DNA of 64,000 nt from an uncultured virus (IMG/VR IMGVR_UViG_3300035670_000097) (lineage: Duplodnaviria; Heunggongvirae; Uroviricota; Caudoviricetes), in IMG/VR virus record IMGVR_UViG_3300035670_000097, positions 1 to 64,000 of that record; one strand, 5' to 3'. Position numbers and translations under genes: made by a program. Shown in pieces: positions 20,320 to 31,063 of the stretch; position 1 is the stretch's first letter; each line of letters begins with the position of its first letter. A model generated the notes under the pieces. It was given only the letters and a program-made list of their open reading frames with translations, was not told the DNA's origin and searched no databases.

Positions 20320-20963
20320 TAGAGATCAAGTTCACTTTCTACTTCTTCTGGAATTTCATCAGATGCCGACTCTCCCGAGCCTCCTCGACGAATTCGCTCG
20401 AGCAGCTCTTTCTGTGCGTCAGGAGTCGGGCGAGGAAGAACGTCGTCCATCGACTTAAGATTTTCAATCAATGCACGTTCGCTATCTGTAAGAGCACGCT
20501 TTTTGCACTTCAGAGCCTGAAGCTGGTACTCTACGTTATAAGCCTGTGCGCCAGTCTTAACGCGCTTGAAATAAATATCCCAGCCTTCATCGGGGTCGCT
20601 CGGGTCGCCCAAATCTTCCGCAGCAACAAGAATTTGCTCAAGCAACTTCTTTTTGAGATTGATCACTTTCACTTTGTTGTCGCTGGGATCAATAACCTGG
20701 CAGGCATACGCCCAGTTACACTTCAGATCCGGGTAAGCATCACGAACCCAATCTTTCTCGCGGTTCGTAAACTTTTCAAGCTGACGATCAAACGCAAGGC
20801 ACTCCATCGGAATATCTTTGTTGTTTTCGCCTTTGATCCAATACACATATCGAGGAAGCAAATCGCCGACAAGGCGAACTACATTATCCCCGTTTTTATA
20901 AATGTACTGGTCAACTTTCTCTTTTACTGCGCCGCCTTTCGTCTGATTAAACTTAATTGCCAT
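20319..20963 (-). CDS. T5 D11-like ssDNA-binding protein
   Basis: LLPRYVYW and GDPSDPDEGWDI motifs, acidic C-terminal tail, T5-like synteny. Confidence 0.75.
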   Translation of the reverse strand: MAIKFNQTKGGAVKEKVDQYIYKNGDNVVRLVGDLLPRYVYWIKGENNKDIPMECLAFDRQLEKFTNREKDWVRDAYPDLKCNWAYACQVIDPSDNKVKVINLKKKLLEQILVAAEDLGDPSDPDEGWDIYFKRVKTGAQAYNVEYQLQALKCKKRALTDSERALIENLKSMDDVLPRPTPDAQKELLERIRRGGSGESASDEIPEEVESELDL

Positions 20964-21345
20964 TTTTAGCCTCCTCAAAAGAAAAATAAATTTCTTCGTT
21001 TTTTATCTTTAGTAGCCTGTTGTTTTCGATAGCCTTTACGTTTACAAGATGTATCGGTAAAGTTTTAGTTCGAAAAAGAGCGTAGTCAGGATAACTTCTT
21101 TTTGCTGCAAGAAGTATATATTGAGCTACTTCTTTTCGAGTGTATTTCCACTGTTTATCCAGAAAAGCCTCCGGGTTGAGTAGAAATGAGTCTCCAAACC
21201 AGTTTATAGTTTGGTATTTTAAACATTTGACGTCTCCCTTTGATTTCGGAATGGGTCTGTAGGTGATATATCTTAAAATATCAATCATTGCTACAGTCGA
21301 GCCACCGCTAAATCGTATAAGTTTTGACTTGTCAAACAGTATCAT
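20953..21345 (-). CDS. Conserved T5-like hypothetical protein
   Basis: GDSFLLNP motif; located between the D10- and D11-like genes with its own promoter. Confidence 0.5.
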   Translation of the reverse strand: MILFDKSKLIRFSGGSTVAMIDILRYITYRPIPKSKGDVKCLKYQTINWFGDSFLLNPEAFLDKQWKYTRKEVAQYILLAAKRSYPDYALFRTKTLPIHLVNVKAIENNRLLKIKNEEIYFSFEEAKNGN

Positions 21346-21347
21346 AT

Positions 21348-21376
21348 ATTATATAGAAAAAGTACTAAGTTGTCAA
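21348..21376 (-). promoter_or_regulatory. Consensus sigma70 early promoter
   Basis: TTGACA-N17-TATAAT. Confidence 0.75.
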
Positions 21377-21387
21377 GAATTATTTTT

Positions 21388-22671
21388 TTATAGCATATTG
21401 ATGCTATAGCCTTCTTTAACATAATGTGCCATTCGAGACTGCGCTTGTCTTACTGCTGTTCGGCCTTTAAGATGTATATCGACAATTGTGGGCTGTAGTT
21501 TATTAGGAGAAAGGCGTACAATTCGACCAATTAACTGAGTTAGAAGAGGCGTATTGTTCACTGGTGTTCCTAAAACAAGACAACTTAGCTCATTGATTGA
21601 AATACCTTCCGAAAAGATAGATTGTGTACCAAATAGAATTTCTTTTTTACCTGAAGAAATTTCTTGTGAAGCTTTTATTCTAGCTTCACGCGTTAGGTCG
21701 CCCGTAACACTTACAGCAGATTCGCCGACCAGCTCGGCGCAGCTCTTCAAAAATCGTACGCGGTCAGAAAGCACCAAAACTCGATGTCCTTTTGCGGCGT
21801 AGGCCGCCGCTATCATAGCTACTGTATGTTGATATTGCTCGTTAAAGGCGAGATCGTTCACTCGGTTTGCCCACGGAATGTTTGCTCCGTCCATAAAACG
21901 TATTTCGCTTTCTATAATATCAACTTTTGGTACCATGTAGTTTTCTTTCGGCGGCTGATAGACTCTTTCGCTGAAATAATCTCTAAAAACTACGTGCTTT
22001 CCGTCTTTTCTTTCAATCGTCCCAGACAGGCCAATTTTATAGCGTGCAAAATTTTTATCAATAATTCGAGAAAAAGTCGGGCTGCTTACATGGTGCATTT
22101 CATCTAGTATAAGTGTTCCGAATTCTCTTGAAATATCGTTAATTTTTTTGTACAGCGTTTGAACGTTTCCTACTACAATGGGACCGTCCATGTTAAACTG
22201 TCCGCTGCCGATGATTCCGGGCTTAAAACCGTAAATTTTATACACTTCGTCAGCCCACTGATCACGAAGATTTGTAGTATGAGTAACTACTAGCGTTTTT
22301 TGACCGAGTTTTCCCGCTATGGCTAACGCCGTAAATGTTTTACCCCAGCTTACTGATGCATTAATAATGCAACTATCGTCTACTAGATCGTAAATTTCTT
22401 TCTGACTGGGGTATAATTCAAATTTTCGCTCTGGAAATTCTACGGGGTTCAGAACTCGTTTATCTGTCACTTCATAGCCTTCGGGAATAAGGTCCATTCG
22501 CCCAGAAGGTAGAGTTACTAGATTGTCTTTAATAAGCCCCATGTTTTTAATCACAAGAGGCGCTTCGGTTGCGTTATACGAAGGGATCAAATAAGTTAAC
22601 TCAGAGTCTAATTTTTCAAAAAGCTCTGAGTTAACCTGAATGTATATTCTGTTTGATAGTACTGCTTTCAC
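21388..22671 (-). CDS. Superfamily 2 helicase (T5 D10-like)
   Basis: SWGKT, LDEMHH, GLSGT, EGIS and QLIGRIVR motifs. Confidence 0.9.
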   Translation of the reverse strand: MKAVLSNRIYIQVNSELFEKLDSELTYLIPSYNATEAPLVIKNMGLIKDNLVTLPSGRMDLIPEGYEVTDKRVLNPVEFPERKFELYPSQKEIYDLVDDSCIINASVSWGKTFTALAIAGKLGQKTLVVTHTTNLRDQWADEVYKIYGFKPGIIGSGQFNMDGPIVVGNVQTLYKKINDISREFGTLILDEMHHVSSPTFSRIIDKNFARYKIGLSGTIERKDGKHVVFRDYFSERVYQPPKENYMVPKVDIIESEIRFMDGANIPWANRVNDLAFNEQYQHTVAMIAAAYAAKGHRVLVLSDRVRFLKSCAELVGESAVSVTGDLTREARIKASQEISSGKKEILFGTQSIFSEGISINELSCLVLGTPVNNTPLLTQLIGRIVRLSPNKLQPTIVDIHLKGRTAVRQAQSRMAHYVKEGYSINML

Positions 22672-23336
22672 CGATATTTAAGAAACATGTGTTTTTGAAT
22701 TAAATAGTCCCTAACAAAATCACTTCGAACAATATCTTCTACGTCAAGCTCAATAAAATCAAAACGATCCATTGTTTTAATAATGCTAACAAAATCTGCC
22801 AGTCCGTTTACTTTCAAATCTGACTGATAAAAGTCGCCGCACATCAAAATTCTACAGTTTTTGCCCACTCGCGTAATGATAGAGTCTAGCTCGTGAAAAC
22901 TCATGTTTTGAGTTTCATCTACTATAATAACTGTATCATTAAGAGTTAATCCTCGCAAATAAGAGGTTGTCATAAACTCGACAATTCCTTTATTTTTTAG
23001 AATTTCGTAAGCATCTCCGCGACCAAAAAGCTCATTACAAATATTGTGATAAGGAGTTTCGTAGATTTTTGACTTTTCTTTCTCTGATCCAGGTAAAAAG
23101 CCTATATCTCGTGTTGGAACAGCACTACGAATAAGAGTCACTCCGCCGTACTGGTCTTTCAATATATCGTCGAAGGCGAGATAGAGTGATATAAAGGTTT
23201 TTCCTGTACCTGCTGATCCGCACAGAACAAGATTATTTAAACTATCAAAAGCTTTTCTTTGATTATAAGTAAGTGGTTCAACTTCTTCCAACTGTAGATT
23301 ATTATCAATTAATGATCGTCTTTTGGGTTTTGCCAT
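22668..23336 (-). CDS. phoH: PhoH-like ATPase
   Basis: GSAGTGKT, IGFLPG, YLRGLT, DETQN, ITRVG and GD..QSDL motifs. Confidence 0.9.
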   Translation of the reverse strand: MAKPKRRSLIDNNLQLEEVEPLTYNQRKAFDSLNNLVLCGSAGTGKTFISLYLAFDDILKDQYGGVTLIRSAVPTRDIGFLPGSEKEKSKIYETPYHNICNELFGRGDAYEILKNKGIVEFMTTSYLRGLTLNDTVIIVDETQNMSFHELDSIITRVGKNCRILMCGDFYQSDLKVNGLADFVSIIKTMDRFDFIELDVEDIVRSDFVRDYLIQKHMFLKYR

Positions 23337-23836
23337 TAAATTAACCTTCTTTTCTCGGGTTGTTTTTCTTCTGAAAAACTTAATACTTCCCATGGAAACC
23401 TATCAAAAAAGATGATATTTGCCCAGAAATACCCCGCTGGTGGCGGTCTAGGTAGGATGAATACCTTAGACAAGCCTTTAACTTTAAGAGTAGAATAGTG
23501 GTCTTTATGCTCCACTCTATCTATTCTATACGACCGTATTTTACATGATTTTGTTTTTCTATATGTAAAAGCTTTTCCATTACTGTCTATAAAGTGCTTA
23601 TACCCAGCACGAATCATAGAGAGAAAATCAAAGGCGCAGTCTCTAAGAGGGTAAAGTTCTTTAGAATTTACTCTAAGCCTTCTGACCCCCAAAGAGCTGC
23701 CTTCTACACTTTTATCGTCCACTATCTTATCTTCACAGTACAATATATTTTTATAAAATCTAAGCTCGTCTGAGCGAAGTTTAAATACTGGAAATCTAAC
23801 TTTTTTGATAGTGTCTTTCGTTACTTCAGGCAACAT
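23336..23836 (-). CDS. Conserved T5-like hypothetical protein downstream of the polymerase
   Basis: FPVF, LGVRRL and FIDSNGKAF motifs; start refined to MLPEV. Confidence 0.5.
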   Translation of the reverse strand: MLPEVTKDTIKKVRFPVFKLRSDELRFYKNILYCEDKIVDDKSVEGSSLGVRRLRVNSKELYPLRDCAFDFLSMIRAGYKHFIDSNGKAFTYRKTKSCKIRSYRIDRVEHKDHYSTLKVKGLSKVFILPRPPPAGYFWANIIFFDRFPWEVLSFSEEKQPEKRRLI

Positions 23837-26108
23837 TATAAACAATCGGATAAGCCTTTTCCAGCTTACCGAAAGAATAATCTTCCCCAATGTCAAAGCT
23901 GACGCCGATAGGAGCACCAGGAATTGACAATCCACGATCGCGCTGAATACAAGTCTGTACGATTGACTTATATTCTTCGACTTCCTCGTTAGGCACTTCA
24001 GCCAAAATCGAGTCATGTACTAGCGCGAAGATTTTTGCTTTCATTTTTTTACTTTTTAGTTCTTCGTGAGCCTCGAAAGCCCCGATGAGATTAATATCCG
24101 ATGCTGGAGACTGTACCATAAAGTTAAGGCCAGAGCGAATTTCGTGCTCTACAATTCCATCGTTGTCAGAGCGTACATTCGGCAGTCTACGCTTACGCCC
24201 GAAGTGTGAGTAAATAAAAGCATTTGCTCGAATAAAATCTCGAGTACTGTCGATCCAATTCTTCAGACCATAGAAAGCATGAAAATACTCGTCAATAATC
24301 TGAGAAGCTTCTTTCAACGTAATATTACCACCATCTTTTTGTACTTGTGACCAGATCTTGCGAGGGCCTGCTCCATACATAATACCGAAAGTAATGGCTT
24401 TGGCATACTGACGTTCTTGCTTGTATAGATTTTCTACTTCTTCCACAGGGCACGGCAGCTTAAACACTCGCTTAGCAATCGACGAGTGAAAGTTTCCTCC
24501 AGAGACAAAAACATCTTGAAGAGCGTTATCTTTTGCCAATACCGCAGCTACGTACACTTCGGCAGTTACAAGGTCCATAGAAACGATTTGATTTCCGGGG
24601 TTTGCCAGAATACAACCTTTTACTAGAGGATTATCTCTAGGGAACTGCTGTGCGTTAAGCTTACCGCTGGACGAAAGCCGACCAGAGGTAGTAACGTGTA
24701 GATTAAATCCAGTACGAATACGAGAATCCTTATCAAGCTGCGGCAAAATTTTATCAATGTAAGTGTTTTTAATTTTGCCCATTTTTCTAATCTTAAGCAC
24801 TAGCTCTGGAATCGGATGCTGCAAGCTCAGCTCTTTCAGAACTTCCGAGTCTGTAGAGTCTGCACCTTTTTCCGTTTTTTTGCCTGTAGGTGTAAGGCCC
24901 ACATAATCAAACAAAAGTTCGCGAAGCTGCATAGTACTATTAGGATTAAACTCTCCATTGTGTGTATCCATGAAAGCCTGAACTGCATCATAATTTTGAA
25001 GCTGCTCTACGGCTTCATAAATTTCTGTTTGCAAAGTTTCTTGAGCAAGCAACAATCGTTTACGAGAAAAAGGAATGCCTGCATCTTGCATTTCGATAAC
25101 AAAAGCAGTAGCGGGGATCAAAATGTTGTAATAAACATTTTTAAACTTAGTGTTTTTGTTAATCAAAGCATTAAACTTTTTGTGCAAAATATAAGTTACT
25201 AGCGCATCCATAGAAGCATAGACTTTGATAACGTCAAACGGAATCATGCCGAAGTGAAACTGATCTTTCAACACTCCGTTCTTTTTACGATAATCTTCCA
25301 TCCAATCGTACATTGGCTTTTCGTAGTCTCCATAAGGAGTGTACTTGAGAGCTAACTGCTTCAAGCCGTGAGTACCAACCGTCTCATCAAGCACATAGTG
25401 CTGAAGCATAGTATCTTCGAACTTCGGAAACTTGAATCCGAACTGATAAGTAAAGTAGCCTATATCGAACTTAGCGTTATGAAAAACAACCGTTTTAGTA
25501 TTGAACAGATGTTGAAGCCGTTGTTCGATCACTTCATCAATCACATCTGTACTTATGTATACGCCTTTTTCTCCGTCATAGCACATAGAGATGCCAAGCA
25601 TATGGCCGTTGCGCGGGTAAAGATTGGTAGTCTCGGAGTCCAGAGCAATGAAGGTAGACGGATGAGCAATTGCTTCTTCAATATAAGCAAGAGCTTCGTC
25701 TCGATCTTCGATGCCTCGAGTAATCGAATCATCAACAGCAACTGCTTTAGTTTGTCCGCTAATAATACTAATGATATTGTCTCGAGACTCAAGCCATATT
25801 TTCTCAACTTCTGGCTTGAATGCCAGCATTGCCGGATTGATTACAGGCAAAAATTTAGTATCAACTACTCGACCACTATACTCGGTTACAGATTTGAGAT
25901 TTGCTAGATACTTACAAGCTTCCGAGCCTACAAGAATAACCCATTCGTATTTATCAGCGTCAAGCTCAAGATCTACATTTTTCTTGAGAACTTTGGCTAC
26001 AGCAGGATCTGAGCACAAACTAAATTGCTCAAATTCAAATGCGTTATTGAAAAGGCGAGCGTAATTATTTCGGCTTGCTTTTGCTTCTACAATCGCTACA
26101 TTAGCCAT
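23826..26108 (-). CDS. DNA polymerase family A with 3'-5' exonuclease (T5-like)
   Basis: Exo motifs DSET, HNAKFD and YASMD; TSGRLSS; motif B RQYAKAITFGIMYG; motif C VHDS. Confidence 0.95.
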   Translation of the reverse strand: MANVAIVEAKASRNNYARLFNNAFEFEQFSLCSDPAVAKVLKKNVDLELDADKYEWVILVGSEACKYLANLKSVTEYSGRVVDTKFLPVINPAMLAFKPEVEKIWLESRDNIISIISGQTKAVAVDDSITRGIEDRDEALAYIEEAIAHPSTFIALDSETTNLYPRNGHMLGISMCYDGEKGVYISTDVIDEVIEQRLQHLFNTKTVVFHNAKFDIGYFTYQFGFKFPKFEDTMLQHYVLDETVGTHGLKQLALKYTPYGDYEKPMYDWMEDYRKKNGVLKDQFHFGMIPFDVIKVYASMDALVTYILHKKFNALINKNTKFKNVYYNILIPATAFVIEMQDAGIPFSRKRLLLAQETLQTEIYEAVEQLQNYDAVQAFMDTHNGEFNPNSTMQLRELLFDYVGLTPTGKKTEKGADSTDSEVLKELSLQHPIPELVLKIRKMGKIKNTYIDKILPQLDKDSRIRTGFNLHVTTSGRLSSSGKLNAQQFPRDNPLVKGCILANPGNQIVSMDLVTAEVYVAAVLAKDNALQDVFVSGGNFHSSIAKRVFKLPCPVEEVENLYKQERQYAKAITFGIMYGAGPRKIWSQVQKDGGNITLKEASQIIDEYFHAFYGLKNWIDSTRDFIRANAFIYSHFGRKRRLPNVRSDNDGIVEHEIRSGLNFMVQSPASDINLIGAFEAHEELKSKKMKAKIFALVHDSILAEVPNEEVEEYKSIVQTCIQRDRGLSIPGAPIGVSFDIGEDYSFGKLEKAYPIVYNVA

Positions 26109-26934
26109 AGAGAATCTCCTTCAGTTTTGATACTTGTTCTTTTGTTAACTCGCCGGGGTCTTTGTTGCCTTTTAGAGTTCGTATCGTTGCGTCGATACCT
26201 ACTTTTTCTGCGATTTCTTTTACTTTTTTGGCTCCCTCTGCTCCGGCAGTATCGCTGTCATAGAGAATATCTATTCCAGTTACACCTTGTACTTTCAGTA
26301 GATCAAAGGAGGACTCTTTCACTGTCGTAACGCCAAACGAAGTGACGGCATTTGTTAATCCTTTGTCGTGAAGATTAATCATATCAAAAATGCCTTCTAC
26401 TAGTATCACTCTACCTTGAATTGGCGTTACCGCGGGAAAAATCGGTAGTGATGCTCCGCCTGGATGTATATAGTATTTTTTACCCAAAGTGCCTGTATCG
26501 TCTCGTCCAATGAAAGCTACTGTTCTACCTGTAATATCTGTAACTGGAAAAACTACTCGATTAATAAATTCTTTTTCTGCGCTTTTAAACGCGCCAAACT
26601 TTCTATATGTTTCTGGCGAGATGCTACGCCAGTTTCCAATGTAAGCCATTGCGTCTTTTGGTAAGGAATAGCCGATACTTTGCTGTCGAATTTTATTTAT
26701 CTTTCTCTTTACCTTTTCACGCATTAATTCTAACCTATTTGGGGTGTGATTGTAAAGAAAAAAAATATTTCCCCTGAAGCCACATGACATACACTGAAAT
26801 ATACCAAGTACTTTATCTATTCTCATACTTGGGTTCGAGTCATCGTGCTCGGGGTTCAAACACTTTACCAAATAGTCTTTGCCGCTGACGGTAAAAGCAA
26901 TCTTTTTTGAATTAAGCAGTTCTTCTACATTCAT
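26101..26934 (-). CDS. DNA primase (zinc finger + TOPRIM)
   Basis: CLNPEH...CMSC zinc finger; LVEGIFD and YDSDTAG. Confidence 0.9.
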   Translation of the reverse strand: MNVEELLNSKKIAFTVSGKDYLVKCLNPEHDDSNPSMRIDKVLGIFQCMSCGFRGNIFFLYNHTPNRLELMREKVKRKINKIRQQSIGYSLPKDAMAYIGNWRSISPETYRKFGAFKSAEKEFINRVVFPVTDITGRTVAFIGRDDTGTLGKKYYIHPGGASLPIFPAVTPIQGRVILVEGIFDMINLHDKGLTNAVTSFGVTTVKESSFDLLKVQGVTGIDILYDSDTAGAEGAKKVKEIAEKVGIDATIRTLKGNKDPGELTKEQVSKLKEILYG

Positions 26935-28283
26935 TCGTCATCATACACGGACTCGCCCGTGCCTTCTGTTGCTTTTTTATCTGCCGGATTTTTTGCCGAC
27001 TCTGGGCCAATCTTTAAAGTCTTCCAATCTACTGCTGATGTGAAGCCTTTAACTTCTCCGTTTCTCATTTTAACACAATTAAATGTGATACACCCATCTT
27101 CTGGGGCATGAGTATCCAGTGTAAACGCTGCATCTGCGGCGTCGAGAATACCTTTTGCAAAACGAGCCTCTCCAGTTGCATCGATCTGATAGGGTGCAAT
27201 AATAGGAACTTCATACTGCTGAGCCATGCTTTTCAATGCTTTACTAATCTCAATCTGTTCGGTCCAGTCATACTGACCGAACTTAGAATATTGATTACCA
27301 GTTCGATACTTTACTTGGTTTAGATAGTCTACAATAATTGCTCGAGGACTGATAGATACAACTTTTTTATCAATTTCACTTCTAATTTTAGAAACAGACA
27401 GCTCTGGATCGTAAACTACATCTAGTTGAACTTGCTTTAGCGGTTTACGAATCAATTGAGAGTGAAACTTATCAAAAGAGTTATGCTCTAGATAGTCATC
27501 ATATGCTTTTTCGCCCTCTTCAAATCTTTTTGCCCACCAGCCTGCAACTCGTCTCCATTCTGCAATAGATAGAGATTTATTTCGAATTGCAGCCATATTA
27601 ACATTTGTAGCAATCGCACAAATTCTTTGAAGAATCGATCTAGAATCCATTTCGATAGTGAAGTAGATTACAGACTTATCTTCTTCAAAGATGTTAGCTG
27701 CAATGTTTGCACAAGTAAGCGATTTACCGGCCCCGCGCCGGCCGCCAATGAGAATCAAATCTCGAGGAGAAAAACGCATCATAGCATCGTAGTCTGCATT
27801 TAGACTCAGAGGTACGTTCTTAGCTAGCTCTTCTTCAGAATAGAAAAGATCAATGCGTCGCATATCATTTTCTGGCGTCTTGAGATCGACTTTAGACTCA
27901 ACGTCCAGAACAATTGCTTGTAGATTTGAAAGGCTTTCTTCAGCATTATCAATAGCTACTGAAGTCTCTAAATACTTCTCGAGCTGAAGCATAATCTCAG
28001 CTTGAGTGTACTCGTTTTTTAGATATTCCAAAAGCTGAGAGCATGGAATATCAATATCTTCCGCTCTTTCAACTACAAAGATTTTTTCAAGAGTTTGACG
28101 ATCACGAACAGAGAGTTTTAGATCATCAAAGCTGGGGAGGGTAGAAAACTCATCTACATGGTTTTCTATTACGGAGTGAATTCTGCTGAATTCTTCAGGC
28201 AAGTAATGCTTTTGCAGACTAGCCCAGGTGTCCACATCACGATCAACAATAATTTTTTTGATGAGAACACTGGCTAAGTTCAA
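26931..28283 (-). CDS. DnaB-like replicative helicase
   Basis: GGRRGAGKS, FTIEM, IVDYLNQ and ILDAAD motifs. Confidence 0.9.
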   Translation of the reverse strand: MNLASVLIKKIIVDRDVDTWASLQKHYLPEEFSRIHSVIENHVDEFSTLPSFDDLKLSVRDRQTLEKIFVVERAEDIDIPCSQLLEYLKNEYTQAEIMLQLEKYLETSVAIDNAEESLSNLQAIVLDVESKVDLKTPENDMRRIDLFYSEEELAKNVPLSLNADYDAMMRFSPRDLILIGGRRGAGKSLTCANIAANIFEEDKSVIYFTIEMDSRSILQRICAIATNVNMAAIRNKSLSIAEWRRVAGWWAKRFEEGEKAYDDYLEHNSFDKFHSQLIRKPLKQVQLDVVYDPELSVSKIRSEIDKKVVSISPRAIIVDYLNQVKYRTGNQYSKFGQYDWTEQIEISKALKSMAQQYEVPIIAPYQIDATGEARFAKGILDAADAAFTLDTHAPEDGCITFNCVKMRNGEVKGFTSAVDWKTLKIGPESAKNPADKKATEGTGESVYDDE

Positions 28284-28310
28284 TTAACTCTCCTACATTT
28301 TACAATGCAA

Positions 28311-28347
28311 CAAAAAGGAAGCGAGTAAAATAATCTACTCGCTTCCT
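28311..28347 (-). terminator. Rho-independent terminator after the D5-like gene
   Basis: AGGAAGCGAGTA/TACTCGCTTCCT stem followed by a T run on the minus strand. Confidence 0.7.
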
Positions 28348-28367
28348 CGTTTAAGAGTCAGACTGAC

Positions 28368-29096
28368 TTAGCCGGCGGCTTTTTCTTTCCGCGAAGCTCC
28401 ATCATAGTTCGAGGCTACCAGGCCGCGACGCGTCAGCATCGTCTTAACGCCACGAACCGTCTTACCAAGACGCTCTGCAATATCTTCTACCGACATACCG
28501 GTAATATCACCGAGCGAATCCATCGGGTCTGCCTGCGGAGGAACGCGATCCCGCTGAGCCGGAATCTTCTGAATCGTACCGATACGCAGAAGCGACAGAG
28601 CCTTACCGCGAACGCTATTAACTTCGCGCTTCAGGGCCTCAGCAATATCTTCCAGATATGCACCGTCGTTTACCAGCTTGATAAAGACTTGCTCTTCGCT
28701 GTCAGAATAGGTCTTAACGGTTTCCGGCTTCGGAGTGGGGCGAACGTGTTCGGTCAGCTCCAGAGAAAGAATTTTTCCCTGAATTTGCTTAGCGGTAAAC
28801 TCGCCATCCCCAAACTGCTCGGCGATCTCTCCGTAGGTGTACGTTCCAGAGTTGGCTTCTACGAACTCTGCCAGCTCTTGTGCTTGTTCATCGCTGAACG
28901 CTTTGCGAACATTTGCCGAAGCAAGTTCGACTTCAAAACCCAGCTTACGCAGTTTGCTCGCGATCGAGCGTGCCGACGTTTCGAAGTGTTCGGCTGCTTG
29001 GGCTACGGTTGCTTGAGATACCGGATTTTCATCGCCAACAAAAGTTTGCAGATTTTCGGTACGCTCGTCAGTCCATTTCGGAAGTGCTTTACTCAT
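28368..29096 (-). CDS. T5 D5-like DNA-binding protein
   Basis: Repeated HTH-like units (RSIASKLRK, KQIQGKILS, NSVRGKALS, RGVKTMLTRRG); located after ligase subunit B as in T5. Confidence 0.8.
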   Translation of the reverse strand: MSKALPKWTDERTENLQTFVGDENPVSQATVAQAAEHFETSARSIASKLRKLGFEVELASANVRKAFSDEQAQELAEFVEANSGTYTYGEIAEQFGDGEFTAKQIQGKILSLELTEHVRPTPKPETVKTYSDSEEQVFIKLVNDGAYLEDIAEALKREVNSVRGKALSLLRIGTIQKIPAQRDRVPPQADPMDSLGDITGMSVEDIAERLGKTVRGVKTMLTRRGLVASNYDGASRKEKAAG

Positions 29097-29862
29097 TACT
29101 ATCTCCTAGAAATAATTTCAAATTTGTGATTACAGTTACGCCAGATTCTTTGGCTTTTTTGGTTTTTGCAGACTCTATTCCGCTTTCATTCACTAGAATG
29201 GTTACGTCTTTTGTAAGACTATCTTTGACTATGTAACCTCGATCTTTCAAAGCTGCCGCTGCTTCTGCTTTAGTTTTGAACGAGGATAGTTTTCCTGATA
29301 TGCAGATTGTTCCCTTAATTACTTCAATTTTTGATTGTTTTTGTACTGAAAAAGAAAAGGGATAATTATCAATATTGTTTTTTGCAATCTGCCACCAGTT
29401 CATCAAATTTTTAGTAGCTATCGGACCAAGCCCAGCTTCTTTACAAGCAGCTTCAGACAATTCATTAATATTTGAAATTACTTTGCAAAGCTTAGCTGTA
29501 GCAGTTTCTCCGATTAGTGGAATACCAAACGCGGGAAGAACACTCTCAAGAGAAGCAGAAGCTGAAGTTTGAATTTCTTCAAACAACTTTCTGCCTACAA
29601 GATCAGAGCCAAGAGCTTCCACGATAGTCACTAAATCCAGTTCGTAAATTTGTTCAATTGATTGTAAATTTAGTTTTTCTATTGTGGCTGGCCCGAGACC
29701 CTTAATTTTAAGGCTTTTTGCCCAATGCTCGATACGCTTTGAATTTTTAGCATAGCAATCGGCATTTAAGCAGTACAGCAGATCGTTTTTCCACTCCAAG
29801 ATGAAGCCACAACTTGGGCATACCGACGGAGCTTTGATTGCTCTTAGATTTGTGCTGGTCAT
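29089..29862 (-). CDS. NAD-dependent DNA ligase subunit B (zinc finger, HhH, BRCT)
   Basis: CPSC...C.N..C, IKGLGP, GIPLIG and a BRCT-like ICISGKL...ILVN. Confidence 0.85.
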   Translation of the reverse strand: MTSTNLRAIKAPSVCPSCGFILEWKNDLLYCLNADCYAKNSKRIEHWAKSLKIKGLGPATIEKLNLQSIEQIYELDLVTIVEALGSDLVGRKLFEEIQTSASASLESVLPAFGIPLIGETATAKLCKVISNINELSEAACKEAGLGPIATKNLMNWWQIAKNNIDNYPFSFSVQKQSKIEVIKGTICISGKLSSFKTKAEAAAALKDRGYIVKDSLTKDVTILVNESGIESAKTKKAKESGVTVITNLKLFLGDSNE

Positions 29863-29888
29863 GGGCTGCTCTCTCATCTTGAAGTACT

Positions 29889-29917
29889 ATTATAGGCTTC
29901 TTGGGGTAAAAAGTCAA
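29889..29917 (-). promoter_or_regulatory. Sigma70 early promoter between the two ligase genes
   Basis: TTGACT-N17-TATAAT. Confidence 0.7.
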
Positions 29918-30069
29918 GATTTATTTTTTTATTGGTACCGGGAGGAAATGACTCCATATATAATTCCGCAAATAGATACAAGCTCCCAGTAGTCCCCGCA
30001 CATTTCTTTCAACACAATCGGATACGTACAAAAAACTATTATAGACAATAAAAATGATGACCACAACAC

Positions 30070-31008
30070 TCATGTTACTCTCTGAATTATTCTTGGTATG
30101 ATGTCTCCGCTTCGAATTACTCTTACTTGACAGCCCTCCTCTAGATTCAGTGCTTCGATATATTTCATGTTGTGTAATGTAGCTCGACTAACTGTCGCTC
30201 CGTCAATGTCTACTGGAGTCAGCACAGCTACGGGCGAAACTACTCCCGAACGCCCCACATTCCAAATAACTCTTTCTAGCGTTGTTACTACGCCTTCCTT
30301 TTGAGTCTTTAGAGCGTATGCTCCTCGAGGATGGTGAGCCGTATAGCCTAGTCTCTCAAAGTCCGCATTGTTATTCATTCGAACAACAAATCCGTCAGTC
30401 GGATAAATACTTACATCATTGTGCAAGACTGTATTAAATCCGTACTTAAACAGGTCTGCTAAATCATCTTCGTACTTAACATTTACATATGGAGTAAGCC
30501 CATAAGCATAAAAAGTCAGATTACGAGTTTTAAACTCATCTACAGACTTTAGATTAAGTGCGCCCGCAGCATAATTTCTAGCGTTCTCGATTGTCGCGGG
30601 AGCGACCACTTCGCCAGTAATTTGTACAATACCTTTTAGCGGTATCTGTTTCGGAATCGAAAGAGTACTTACTAGCGAAGTAATATCTTGCCCACGAGTA
30701 CCGTCACCTCGAGTAAGAGCAAGCCAGAACTCACCTTCTACATAGAGAAGCGAGACGGCTGCTCCATCGAGTTTAACAGTAGTAACGCCTAGAATCTCTG
30801 CCCAAGGCCGCTCGTCTTCAGGGTACACTTTTTTGAGTGAATACATCTGATAGGCATGAGCGATTCCTTTCGGATGCTTATGCCCTACGGAAGCGTAATT
30901 ATATTGATCGACTAGAGCATCAAACTCTTCGTCGGAGAGAACTGGAGTGCCTTCATAGTACGCTTTAGAAACGTAATCAAGGTACTGTTTAATGCTTTCT
31001 AAGTTCAT
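30070..31008 (-). CDS. NAD-dependent DNA ligase subunit A (adenylation + OB domains)
   Basis: YYEGTPVLSDEEFD, KLDG, TRGDG, RNYAAG, TLHN and SGDIIP motifs. Confidence 0.9.
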   Translation of the reverse strand: MNLESIKQYLDYVSKAYYEGTPVLSDEEFDALVDQYNYASVGHKHPKGIAHAYQMYSLKKVYPEDERPWAEILGVTTVKLDGAAVSLLYVEGEFWLALTRGDGTRGQDITSLVSTLSIPKQIPLKGIVQITGEVVAPATIENARNYAAGALNLKSVDEFKTRNLTFYAYGLTPYVNVKYEDDLADLFKYGFNTVLHNDVSIYPTDGFVVRMNNNADFERLGYTAHHPRGAYALKTQKEGVVTTLERVIWNVGRSGVVSPVAVLTPVDIDGATVSRATLHNMKYIEALNLEEGCQVRVIRSGDIIPRIIQRVT

Positions 31009-31031
31009 AGCCTGCTTTCCAAATTTTATAT

Positions 31032-31060
31032 ATTATACAAAACTTAGAAAGAATAGTCAA
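31032..31060 (-). promoter_or_regulatory. Sigma70 early promoter
   Basis: TTGACT-N17-TATAAT. Confidence 0.7.
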
Positions 31061-31063
31061 CAC

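Noticed and set aside
29089..31008. Split DNA ligase as a pseudogene or intron-interrupted gene
   Set aside because: A two-gene NAD-dependent ligase is normal for T5-like phages; the gap holds a promoter and no intron core motifs.
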